DNA from: Terriglobia bacterium
Lineage (GTDB): Bacteria > Acidobacteriota > Terriglobia > Bryobacterales > UBA6623
Direction of reading: 5' to 3'
Length of the DNA: 64,000 nt
Assembly (NCBI GenBank): GCA_009838515.1
Contig: VXRL01000040.1
Coordinates: forward strand, 32,949-96,948
Below the pieces are notes generated by a model, which was not told the origin of the DNA, did not search any database, and was given only the letters and a program-made list of their open reading frames with translations. The position numbers and the translations under genes were made by a program. Shown in pieces: positions 11,701 through 20,271 of this stretch; the first letter of the stretch is position 1, and the number at the start of each line of letters is the position of its first letter.

Positions 11701-12148
11701 AAATTGGCAGCTCAATGGGATCGCAAACCTCTATTCGGGGCGGCCGTACCACATCAACGTGAGCGGCGACATCGCCAACACGCGGAACCGAAACGGGTAC
11801 ATGCGGGCCGATCAAGTAGGGGATCCTCATCTGAGTAATCCCACTCCGTCCCGCTGGTTCAATACCGATGCATTCCGCGCGCCCGCTCCTTTCACGTTCG
11901 GCAACTCGGGCAGGCATGCCCTGCGCTCCGACGGGGTGACAAACTTTGACTTGTCCCTCTTCCGAGACTTCCCCCTGCCCGGACGGGAAGGAATGAAGCT
12001 TCAATTCCGTGCAGAGTCGTTCAACGCATTCAACCACGCGGACTTCGCTATCCCGGTTCAGAATCTCAGTCGAAGTAACTTCGGAGTGGTGACCGCGACA
12101 CAGCGACGCGCACGGCAATTCCAGCTGGGCTTGAAGTTCATATTCTAG
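8786..12148 (+). CDS. TonB-dependent receptor with N-terminal carboxypeptidase-regulatory-like domain (paralog of 211..3558)
   Basis: AGGAGGA before the ATG; signal peptide ...NHLSAQ. Same motif series as the first receptor (GTVRDATGAVVPDSDLVLQSVETG, VDLPLNGRNFTQLL, VNVVTKSGTNE, LWEFIRNDNLDSRNFF). Ends ...GLKFIF. Confidence 0.9.
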   Translation: MPSPTALRSATASLAIALACIFVVLPNHLSAQVSTATINGTVRDATGAVVPDSDLVLQSVETGIERRSVSNSVGVYTFVSITPGIYVLSASKEGFRTSSLQPFTLAVNQTATFDFALEIGAVAETVTVEAVGAEVQSSTAELGSVMAENQVVDLPLNGRNFTQLLTLTPGASPISTSQNRGGFGSSAIGEFAFPAMNGQSNRSNFFLTDGVINQGSMVSTYATPPIIDAIQEFKVQTHNDQAEFGQGTGGIVNVVTKSGTNELHGTLWEFIRNDNLDSRNFFRRNVVPLSQNMYGATVGGPAVRNKTFFFFAWQGFKRRTPANRLYRVPTDANLMGDHSDWPAQIYDPQSTREDAASGTFIRDPFANNMIPQSRLDSGFVSYAQQTIPKPISTGVADRNQLDTTNSSLDQDEFNVRGDHNFSASDMIWGRVSWSDLGQTGSAGRQGLGSLVNIRTMNIGASWVHTFSPTSILQFQFGRTTINRDTGSSFTSAVDPTSFGFEPLFCCSFRSDLALMPSVNVAQFFSGGERVANNRTSDIYSYKGNFTKILGNHQLKFGAEYSTNRHFGVTNDHNVAFVPANTADPQTNTGGSPLASWLLNVPNNAGRRDFFKRLHRGAIGGFYVQDNWKVTSKLTVNIGLRYDRTWSPRVGDFEDRGIFAGTPDFERVYGGLYVIQAKPDSCAALQSAPCIPTPDGSLPDEVRVSPTQRLIGDWTDNWQPRVGIAYRVSNRTAIRASGGIFYDSWAGMNQMMQAQGHTWPDVGQQQSGNLNTPTSGNPVPGVSAKNPFPAGLLPGPTPFNRVAWYADPSIKNQYSMQWNFGLQHQVANDTLISANYVGSANRRAPLDHFYNTATTPGPGDPAERSPYPFIVPTFWQRSVGRASYNAFQFQLTKRARGFTYMVNYTWSKTINLACDGWYNVEGCSTQTPYDHVRDKGVAGHDLTHIFNFNWVYQIPIGPGMKSTGSKLADYVIGNWQLNGIANLYSGRPYHINVSGDIANTRNRNGYMRADQVGDPHLSNPTPSRWFNTDAFRAPAPFTFGNSGRHALRSDGVTNFDLSLFRDFPLPGREGMKLQFRAESFNAFNHADFAIPVQNLSRSNFGVVTATQRRARQFQLGLKFIF

Positions 12149-12152
12149 TGGG

Positions 12153-12192
12153 GCGGCTCGCTCTGGGTTCGAGGCAGTCTAGAGCGAGCCGC
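12153..12192 (+). terminator. Stem-loop immediately after the receptor stop codon
   Basis: Perfect 12-bp stem GCGGCTCGCTCT / AGAGCGAGCCGC with a 16-nt loop, starting 5 nt after the TAG at 12146-12148. No U-tract. Confidence 0.35.
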
Positions 12193-13057
12193 TACGGGGA
12201 TGCGCGGCATTCCGAGCGGCCCTTGGGCCCTCACGCTGCCGCCCCTTGGGCCCAACTTACTCCGAACGGTTCATGGCTGTACTCAACCTTGAGTGCGGAG
12301 TGTGAGTTTGCATAACTCACTATTCTTCAGTCATTCAATCGGTTTCCCAAAGTCCCTGTTCCGTTTCCCAAGTCGCGCAGTGGCCGCGATTCGCACAGAC
12401 CATCGGGGACAAGCTTCCGCCTCCGGGGCCGCACTGCCAGTCCCCGCCGACGGCTCGTGCAGCGTCAGCTGCGACTGGAAGCCGAGCAGTGTGAACACCC
12501 GCTGATGGAACGGATCCAGATCGCTCGGCGTCGGCACCGCGCAGCCCGGCACTTGGGCGTATTTGAACTCCACAGCGCTGAGCGTGCCCAGACCGGCTAG
12601 CTGGTGGGCGAAACCTTGCGCCCACAGGCTTTCTTGACCTCGCCGTTGTGCCAATAGCTGTGCGGCTAACCGATTTAACGCAAGCGGGTTGTACGCCTAA
12701 CGGAAGGCACGCAACGCCCCATGGGAAAGGAAGTAGGGTGGGCAAGTTGGCGAGAACCAAGCAGTTTAGGTACTGGCTTGTTACGGGTTCTAGTTGAAAG
12801 GCCCTTCACTCGACCAAGGCTCGGGAGATGTCGCTCGGCCGTCGTGTCTGCGCCTGTCAAGTTGGCCCTCATGGTGGATCGTCGGAACATATTTCATGAC
12901 GCGTGCATAGAATTGCTTCCCGAGTGGACCGTCGGCATCTCCCATCGGCCTTCTCCGTTCGCAGGCTTGGCAATCGCACGCGCTGGGTTTGCCTGAGCCA
13001 GAGCGGGCACTATGTCCAGTCTGCCAACCGGCAGAGCCGGTCGGGTAGCATAGGGCG

Positions 13058-14455
13058 ATGGCTGACCTGACGAGACGATCCTTCCTGGGCACAGTCGGCG
13101 GCGCGTTATGCGCTAGCCGGCCTGTTCACGCGCAAGCATCTAAGCCCAACGTAGTCATTATCTACACGGACGACCAAGGCACCTTGGACGCAGGGTGCTT
13201 TGGCTCGGACGACATCCACACGCCGAACATCGACGCCCTCGCGGGGCAGGGCGTGCGGTTCGCCCAGGCCTACGCACACACGGTTTGCTGCCCGTCGCGG
13301 TCGCAGCTGCTGACCGGGAGAGTACCCCAGCGGGGCGGCGTAACGAACTGGCTGTCGAACAATCCTGCTGACGAAAACGGCCGCAACATGTACCCCAGCG
13401 AGATCACCCTGGCAGAGATCCTGCGGGACCACGGATACCGCACGGGGCTATCGGGCAAATGGCACCTAGGCGCCAAGCCCGGCCACCAGCCGCTAGACCA
13501 GGGCTTCGACGAAGCCTACGGCCATCTCGGCGGATTCATCGACAACTTCGAGCACAAGTTCCTGCACTCCAACCCCCGGCGGCCGCCGTTTCACGACCTC
13601 TATCGCAACGGGAAGGAGATCGACGAGACCGGACGCTACTTCCCGGACCTGGTGGTGCGAGAAGCCACGCGATTCATCGTCGAAAACAAGGACCGCCCCT
13701 TCTTCCTTTACTGCGCCTTCAACGTGCCGCACTATCCCGAGCAGTCCGATCCGAAGTTCGACAAGATGTACGACCACATGGCCATGCCGCGCCGGTCGTA
13801 CGCCTCGATGATCACGACTACCGATGACCGCATCGGGCAAGTGCTGAAGACGCTGGAGACATGGGGCCTGCGCGACAACACGCTCGTGATCTTCATGAGC
13901 GACAACGGCCACTCGACCGAGCAGTTCAACAACTGGGGCGTCAACTATGGCGCTAATGGCGGCGGCGGCAACACGGGGGATTGGCGCGGAGCCAAGGCCA
14001 GCATGTTCGAGGGGGGCATTCGCGTGCCCTCGGTGATCAGCCTGCCCGGGCGCATCCCGCAGGGCGAAGTCCGGGACCAGGCGATCTCGAACATGGACTT
14101 CTTCCCCACGATCTTGGAACTGTGCGGTATCGAGCCGCCCGATTACGAGGTGGACGGCAAGAGCCTCTGGCCAGTGCTCGAGTCATCCGATACTCCCTCG
14201 CAGCATCAAGTGTTTCACTGGATGTGGCAGAACCAGTGGGCCATCCGCGAAGGAAACTGGAAGCTGATCGGAAACGGGCGGGACACCACAGGCCTGAAGT
14301 CTCGCCATGCACCACGCAAGGACATGGGCGAGCTCTATCTCGCCAACCTTGCCGACGGGCCTCCGGAATCCATCAACCATGCTGCCGCTCGGCCCGACCT
14401 GGTCAAGCGCCTGCGCCGCATGCACGACGAATGGCTCGAGGCGACCGAGCGCTAA
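13058..14455 (+). CDS. Sulfatase (Cys-type, formylglycine-dependent), Tat-signal
   Basis: Twin-arginine N-terminus (LTRRSFLGTVGG). IIYTDDQG metal-binding start. Active-site VCCPSRSQLLTGR. GKWHLG, and later SDNGH...GGIRVP. Confidence 0.9.
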   Translation: MADLTRRSFLGTVGGALCASRPVHAQASKPNVVIIYTDDQGTLDAGCFGSDDIHTPNIDALAGQGVRFAQAYAHTVCCPSRSQLLTGRVPQRGGVTNWLSNNPADENGRNMYPSEITLAEILRDHGYRTGLSGKWHLGAKPGHQPLDQGFDEAYGHLGGFIDNFEHKFLHSNPRRPPFHDLYRNGKEIDETGRYFPDLVVREATRFIVENKDRPFFLYCAFNVPHYPEQSDPKFDKMYDHMAMPRRSYASMITTTDDRIGQVLKTLETWGLRDNTLVIFMSDNGHSTEQFNNWGVNYGANGGGGNTGDWRGAKASMFEGGIRVPSVISLPGRIPQGEVRDQAISNMDFFPTILELCGIEPPDYEVDGKSLWPVLESSDTPSQHQVFHWMWQNQWAIREGNWKLIGNGRDTTGLKSRHAPRKDMGELYLANLADGPPESINHAAARPDLVKRLRRMHDEWLEATER

Positions 14456-14468
14456 CCATCCCAGCGCC

Positions 14469-17342
14469 ATGAATCTCTCAGCCTCGTACCTGACGCTGGC
14501 AGGGGCACTGCTGGCCGCACCGGGCCTAGCGCAGTCACCGCAGCTCGTCGACGCATCCCGCGGTGAATCGCCGGTCTCGATCCGACTGATGTTCGGCACC
14601 GACCGGCACACACCGCAACGCTGGGACGGATCGGTGGCGGTCACCGGCGGTCGCGTGCTGGACGTGAGCGGAGTCCACTTCGAGGGCCGCGATGAGATCG
14701 TTGGGCAGAGCGGCTGGAAGCTGACCAACCGCGTCACGCGCTACGCGGACTCCACCACCCAGCGTGGCTTCGACCCGGTCCACACGCGGCCTTTCGCCAT
14801 GATTCCCAATGGCGTCGTTGCGACGGTCGAGGCCGCGGAAGCGTCTGAAGTCGAAGTCACGACTGAACAAGGGTCGTTTTCGTTTTCGCTCAACCAGCTG
14901 CCGTTCGGCCAAACCTTGGAATTCCTTGATGGCACGGCCTCGGCCCAGCGTATTCCGACGACCGCAGACATCACAGCAGGCGAAACCGAAAACGACTACC
15001 CTGCCCTGACCACTGATGCTGACGGTACTGTCTGGATTTCCTGGATTTCATACCAAGACGAGCGAGACGCGGTCTGGCTCGCTCGCTGGGACGGCTCAGG
15101 CTGGGTCGAGCCGACGCAGGTCTCGCCAACAGGCTACATCGACAACTTCCGCACCGCGATCGCAGCAGACGCTTCGGGGGGACTGCTTGTCGTTTGGTCG
15201 GGCAAGTCACCGACGGGCTCGTGGGGCATCCATTCGCGCAGGCTGAGCGACGGCGCACTCTCAGCGGCCACCAGCCTTGCGAGCGAGGGACCGAATCTCT
15301 ACCTCCAGTCCGCGACAGACAGCCAAGGCAGGGTGCACGTAGTCTGGCAGGGCTTCCGCGACCGCGTCGCTCAGATCCTGCACGCACAGTGGGACGGTTC
15401 ACAGTGGTCAGCAGAGGCGGCGATCTCTGACTCCAGCGCGGACAGTTGGGCTCCCGCCATCACCGCCGACTCTGCGGGCGGCGTCTGGGCCGGCTGGGAT
15501 GGCTACCACTCCGGCGACTTCAACGTCTACGTGCGGCACCGCGATGCCAGCGGGGCGTGGCAGCCGCAGCGCCAGGTGACGCACTCGCTCGGATTTGACG
15601 CCAACGTCTCACTGGCGTGCGACTCTGCGGACCGACTCTGGATAGCGTGGGACCACGGCGAAGCGAACTGGGGCAAGGACTGGAGTAGCCAACGCTTCCG
15701 GCCCGGCGGCGGAGCGGGCCTTTACCGCGTACGATCCGTCAAGGTCGCAGCACTCGAAGGAGATCGAGTCGCCGAGGCTACCGGCTTCATGGGAGCGGTA
15801 CCGCCAGCTTCCAAGGACTACATGCAGCAGGCCCGCCTTGTCGTGGATGGCAGCGGCCACGTCTGGGCCATGGCCCGCTCGCTGACCAGCACCACGACCC
15901 GGGTCGACAACAACTGGGGTGCCGGCGGCATCTGGGAAATGCTGCTCGCCCGCTTGGACGAGAACGGCTGGTCGCCGGTGACGAAGTTGCACGCTACGAA
16001 CGGAAGAAACGATGTCTGGGCGGCAGCTACGGTCGATGGCGGAGGCAGGCTGTGGTTCGCGTGGTCCCGCGATGCGCGGCCGTTTGGCTCCCCGCGGCGC
16101 TCCGTGAACCGCGGGTCGCCGCAAGCTCAGACCACCCACGTCTCGCATAGCGTAGTCGACCCGTCGCAGGCGGCTTGGCGCGGATCGGGTGAACCGAAGC
16201 GGTCGGAGTTCAGCGAGCCGGAATTGGGCGCCCAGCCAGTCCACGCCAACGAGAAGCAAGACACCGCTGCCATCCGGGCCTACCGCTACGAGGTGGGCGG
16301 CAACACCTACCGGATTCTTCGAGGTGACCTGCACCGGCACACCGACATCTCGGCCGATGGCATTGGAGACGGCAGCCTGATCGACTTCTACCGCTACGCA
16401 TTCACCGCCGGTCAGTTCGACTTCATGATGGTGGGCGACCACCAGTACGGCGGCAACAGCGTTCCGGGAGTGGAATATAACTGGTGGAGGACCGAGAAGT
16501 CCGAGGACATCTTTCTAGTAGACGGGAGGTTCTGGCCGCTGTTCGGCACCGAGCGCAGCGTGACATACCCCAACGGCCATCGCAACACGGTGTTCGCTCA
16601 GCGAGGCGTCCGCTGGATGCCGATTCAAACTGGCGAGCGAAACGGCTCGGTGAACACCGGCGAAGTGCTGTTCCCCTACTTGCGGCGCTACGGCGGCATC
16701 TCGACGCCGCACACTTCCGGCTCTGAACAAGGCACGGATTGGCGCGAAAGCGACGAAGAGCTGGAGCCGATCGTGGAGATCTACCAGAGCTTGCACGCCT
16801 CGTACGAATACCCTGGTGCTCCGCGGGCTGAAACGCCCGACAAGCGCTACTACCACCACGGCGAGCCGTGGCTGCCCAAGGGATTCGTCTGGAACGCGTG
16901 GGCCAAGGGGATCAAGATCGGCGTGCAAGCGAGTTCCGATCACGTGGGCACGCACGACTCGTACGCTTGCGTGCTGGTCCCGGGCGACAAAGACATCACC
17001 CGGCAGGACTTGATCGACGCGATGAAGCGGCGTCACACCTACGCCGCAACCGACAACATCATCCTGGACATGCGCATTGGCGAACACATCATGGGCGACG
17101 CTTTCGCCACGTCGGAACAGCCGGTTGTCCAAGTCAAGGTTGTTGGAACCGGGCCGATCAAGCGGGTAGTCTTGATCAAGAACAACAAGGTCGTCTACAC
17201 CGACACGTCTGGGGCCAAGGAGATCGGGTTCGAATACCGCGACGATTCAGCGGATCCCGGCGAGAGCTACTACTACATCCGAGCGGAGCAGGCTGACGGC
17301 TCCCTAGCTTGGGGAAGTCCGATCTGGGTCTCGTACCGCTAG
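14469..17342 (+). CDS. Secreted repeat (beta-propeller-like) protein with C-terminal PHP/CehA-McbA-like metallohydrolase region
   Basis: ORF 14307..17342 trimmed to the ATG at 14469, 14 nt after the sulfatase stop (signal peptide MNLSASYLTLAGALLAAPGLAQ). N-terminal half has recurrent D..G..W..W blades (DADGTVWISWISY, DASGGLLVVWSG, DSQGRVHVVWQG, DSAGGVWAGWDG, DSADRLWIAWDH, DGSGHVWAMA, DGGGRLWFAWS). C-terminal half has LRGDLHRHTDIS...MVGDHQY...STPHTSGS...SSDHVGTH His clusters. Confidence 0.7.
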   Translation: MNLSASYLTLAGALLAAPGLAQSPQLVDASRGESPVSIRLMFGTDRHTPQRWDGSVAVTGGRVLDVSGVHFEGRDEIVGQSGWKLTNRVTRYADSTTQRGFDPVHTRPFAMIPNGVVATVEAAEASEVEVTTEQGSFSFSLNQLPFGQTLEFLDGTASAQRIPTTADITAGETENDYPALTTDADGTVWISWISYQDERDAVWLARWDGSGWVEPTQVSPTGYIDNFRTAIAADASGGLLVVWSGKSPTGSWGIHSRRLSDGALSAATSLASEGPNLYLQSATDSQGRVHVVWQGFRDRVAQILHAQWDGSQWSAEAAISDSSADSWAPAITADSAGGVWAGWDGYHSGDFNVYVRHRDASGAWQPQRQVTHSLGFDANVSLACDSADRLWIAWDHGEANWGKDWSSQRFRPGGGAGLYRVRSVKVAALEGDRVAEATGFMGAVPPASKDYMQQARLVVDGSGHVWAMARSLTSTTTRVDNNWGAGGIWEMLLARLDENGWSPVTKLHATNGRNDVWAAATVDGGGRLWFAWSRDARPFGSPRRSVNRGSPQAQTTHVSHSVVDPSQAAWRGSGEPKRSEFSEPELGAQPVHANEKQDTAAIRAYRYEVGGNTYRILRGDLHRHTDISADGIGDGSLIDFYRYAFTAGQFDFMMVGDHQYGGNSVPGVEYNWWRTEKSEDIFLVDGRFWPLFGTERSVTYPNGHRNTVFAQRGVRWMPIQTGERNGSVNTGEVLFPYLRRYGGISTPHTSGSEQGTDWRESDEELEPIVEIYQSLHASYEYPGAPRAETPDKRYYHHGEPWLPKGFVWNAWAKGIKIGVQASSDHVGTHDSYACVLVPGDKDITRQDLIDAMKRRHTYAATDNIILDMRIGEHIMGDAFATSEQPVVQVKVVGTGPIKRVVLIKNNKVVYTDTSGAKEIGFEYRDDSADPGESYYYIRAEQADGSLAWGSPIWVSYR

Positions 17343-17400
17343 TGCACGGCTGCGCAACTTGCCTGCAACTCCCCTTGCCGAAGGTGCGGGCTCCACATTG

Positions 17401-18312
17401 ATGATGGAAAGCGATTTCAACTGCATCGATGTCGAGACGGCCAACAGCTCGTGGTCGAGCATCTGCCAGATCGGGCTGGTTGTAGTTCGCTCGGGCCAGC
17501 TTGCCGAAACCTGGCAGCGTCTTGTCAATCCCGAAGTCGACTTCTTGAGTCGGAACGTTGCCATCCATCACATCACTGCCGATCGTGTCCGCGAAAGTCC
17601 TCAACTGCGGGATATTTGGGACGCTCTCCGGGAACTTACAAAGGATCGGCCCTTGGTCTTCCACAGCCACGCATGGTTTGACCGACACGCCTTGACCCAG
17701 GCTGCGGAACAGCACGGGCTGCCGCGGCTCGCCGTGGAGTGGGTCGACAGTTCTCGCATCGTGCGGCAGACATGGCCGGATCGGTATGCTCAGCGGGGAT
17801 TCGGTCTTGCAGACCTTTCGCGCGACTTCAAGATCGAATTCCAGCATCACGACGCCCTTGAGGATGCAAGGGCAACAGCTTCGATCACATTGGAGGCGCT
17901 GAAGGACTCCGGGACGTCGATTCGCGAGTGGGTCCAAGAGCTACCGAGTCCACGTGTCAGAACGCGGCCCCGGCCTGAACGGACTTCCACCGTTTCTAGA
18001 GAGAGAGTCAAGAAGACCCACGCCAACGACCACCTCGTCGGCCAACGCATCGTGTTTACGGGCAAGCTCGCAGTTTCGCGGAAAGAAGCCGAGAGGGCGG
18101 CAGAGGAAGCCGGCGGCGAAGTGCGTGCTAGCGTGCAGGAGGCAACCACGATTCTTGTGGTGGGGGGCCACACAGAGGCGAACCTGAACCAGATGAAGGG
18201 CCGGTCCAAGAGCAGCAAGCAGATCCAAGCAGAGAGGCGGATTGCGGCCGGTCAGCAGATCGAGATCCTGACCGAAGGGGAATTCTGGGATCTCTTATGC
18301 CCGAATCCATAG
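17401..18312 (+). CDS. DEDDh 3'-5' exonuclease (DnaQ/epsilon-like) fused to a C-terminal BRCT domain
   Basis: ORF begins at TTG 17359; ATG-ATG at 17401 preferred. Exo I (FNCIDVETAN), Exo III (HHDALEDARATA). C-terminal BRCT-like segment (LVGQRIVFTGKLAVSRKEAERAAEEAGGEVRASVQEATTILVVG). Confidence 0.8.
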   Translation: MMESDFNCIDVETANSSWSSICQIGLVVVRSGQLAETWQRLVNPEVDFLSRNVAIHHITADRVRESPQLRDIWDALRELTKDRPLVFHSHAWFDRHALTQAAEQHGLPRLAVEWVDSSRIVRQTWPDRYAQRGFGLADLSRDFKIEFQHHDALEDARATASITLEALKDSGTSIREWVQELPSPRVRTRPRPERTSTVSRERVKKTHANDHLVGQRIVFTGKLAVSRKEAERAAEEAGGEVRASVQEATTILVVGGHTEANLNQMKGRSKSSKQIQAERRIAAGQQIEILTEGEFWDLLCPNP

Positions 18313-18439
18313 TCCCATTCAGTGAATTCGCATCTATATTTAAGCTTATAGTTATTATAAATCGGAATGCGCCGAGAATCTGGCGGTGCACGTGCAACCT
18401 GCGTTGCTCGATTGATACCGTGCGCCGGAAAAATTCGTA

Positions 18440-18613
18440 ATGCTGACAGCGACTCGCAGGACCGTGCTCACACTGCTTGCTTGTTGTGGCTGCTCAGGTC
18501 TGTTCGACCAGTCCACGCGAGCACCAGCAACGACCTCGCCTTGGAAGCTCGCCATTGGCCTCAATGGACTCGGCTCGTCCCAGACCCATCACGGCAAGCG
18601 CTCTGTCTACGAA
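18440..18613 (+). pseudogene. Truncated 5' fragment paralogous to the sugar-phosphate isomerase/epimerase gene at 22012
   Basis: First ~58 codons (MLTATRRTVLTLLACCGCSGLFDQSTRAPATTSPWKLAIGLNGLGSSQTHHGKRSVYE) align in frame with MLTPTRRTVLAQLACCGCSGLFEETTRPSTASPPWKLAIGLNGFGSSETHHGKRYVYE at 22012. Similarity stops near 18613 and the ORF runs on to 18817 in unrelated sequence. Confidence 0.55.
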
Positions 18614-18868
18614 GCCGCGTTGTTGGCTTGTCCGGACTGTCGGCTTGACCAGCAGCGTTTGCGACAGATCCAGTGCTTCCGCAAGTCCACCACGCGGCGC
18701 CGAACTGGGCGTGTTCTCGAGTCAGTAAGAGATGTCCACTACGACGGGCCGCGCTGCTTCCACGGGCACCCCGGGGCCGCTGTGAGAATTAGGCGCGAGT
18801 CACGTGCGGGAGCCTGAGCTCAGACAGGCGCGCGCTCGCCTTCCCTCTATGCTGAATCAGTACCTTCT

Positions 18869-20143
18869 GTGCCCACTTCGCTCAATCTCAACGTGCGCGG
18901 TATTGGCGCGTCCGCAACGCTCGCGATCAACGAGGAGTCCCATCGTCTTCGGGCAGCCGGACGCACTATTTACCGCCTGGGTCTAGGACAGTCGCCCTTC
19001 CCGGTACCGGAGACGGTGGTAGAGGCGCTGCGCGCCAACGCACACCAGCGGAACTACCTAGCGGTGCGAGGACTGCCGGACCTCCGGCAAGCCGTGGCCG
19101 ACTACCACCGAAGACGCAGGCAACACTTCGAGTGCACTGCCGACGATGTGATCATCGGTCCCGGCTCGAAGGAACTGATGTTTCTGCTGCAGCTGTGCTA
19201 TTACGGCGACCTCGTAATTCCTACCCCTAGCTGGGTATCCTACGCGCCCCAGGCCCATATCCTAGGGCGCCACGTGCGCTGGCTCAGAACAGATGCTGCG
19301 AACCAGTGGCACCTCACAGCGCATGAGCTCGACGCACTCTGCCGCAGCGACCCGGATCGACCGAGGCTGGCAATTCTCAACTACCCTTCGAATCCTTGTG
19401 GCAACACGTACCATCCAGACCAGCTTGGCGAACTCGCCGAGGTCGCCAAGAAATATGCAGTAATCCTTTGTTCGGACGAAATCTACGGGGAGCTTCATCA
19501 CCAAGGCCGCCACGTGTCCATCGCACGCTACTACCCGACCGGAACAATCGTGTCGAGCGGGCTGAGCAAGTGGTGCGGGGCGGGTGGCTGGCGTCTTGGG
19601 ACCATGACCTTCCCTCCTGGACAGCGCCGACTGTTGGAGGCAATGGCGAGTGTCGCGAGCGAGACATTCACATCCACCAGTGCTCCAATCCAGCACGCCG
19701 CGGTCACAGCGTTCATGCCACATCCATCGATCGAGCGCTATCTCGTCCAAGCCCGGCGCATTCTCGCCGCCTTGGGCTTGGAGTGCGCGGTCCGGCTGCG
19801 GGATGCCGGGGTGGCTGTCGATGATCCCGAGGGAGCGTTTTACCTGTTCCCGGATTTCGAGCCTCACCGCAAGACCCTCGGTGCACGCGGCATTGCGACG
19901 TCATCCCAACTTTGCCGACGACTCCTGGAGGAAGCGGGCATCGCGATGCTCCCAGGCAGTGCTTTCGGCCGCTCCGACGAGGAGCTGACAGCAAGGCTCG
20001 CCTATGTGGATTTCGACGGAGCATCGGCTCTCGTCGCAGCGGAATCCGTTCCCCTCGACCAGACCCTCTCGGTGCCGTTCTTGGAGGATCATTGCGGCCC
20101 GGTCCTGCGGGCGCTCCGCCTGATCAAGGGGTGGCTCGCCTAA
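18869..20143 (+). CDS. Class I/II PLP-dependent aminotransferase
   Basis: GTG start. SATLAINEE...GLGQSPFPVP N-terminus, NYPSNPCGNTY, PLP-lysine region SSGLSKWCGAGGWRLG, C-terminal PGSAFG. Confidence 0.85.
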   Translation: MPTSLNLNVRGIGASATLAINEESHRLRAAGRTIYRLGLGQSPFPVPETVVEALRANAHQRNYLAVRGLPDLRQAVADYHRRRRQHFECTADDVIIGPGSKELMFLLQLCYYGDLVIPTPSWVSYAPQAHILGRHVRWLRTDAANQWHLTAHELDALCRSDPDRPRLAILNYPSNPCGNTYHPDQLGELAEVAKKYAVILCSDEIYGELHHQGRHVSIARYYPTGTIVSSGLSKWCGAGGWRLGTMTFPPGQRRLLEAMASVASETFTSTSAPIQHAAVTAFMPHPSIERYLVQARRILAALGLECAVRLRDAGVAVDDPEGAFYLFPDFEPHRKTLGARGIATSSQLCRRLLEEAGIAMLPGSAFGRSDEELTARLAYVDFDGASALVAAESVPLDQTLSVPFLEDHCGPVLRALRLIKGWLA

Positions 20144-20271
20144 TAGTCCAGCCCTGCGGCCCATTCCCGGATTGTCGCGCTCTCTTCTATGGCGCTAGTG
20201 GGCTCTCACGGGCGAAGCCAGTTCCACTCGTGGTCCTCACCCGGCAGGGACTGTCGATAAAATAGCGGGCT

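Noticed and set aside
18324-18347. GAATTC and AAGCTT sites 13 bp apart within an AT-rich patch, looking like a polylinker or vector remnant
   Set aside because: These are only two 6-mers, with no flanking vector-like sequence. An AT-rich intergenic promoter region is the simpler explanation.
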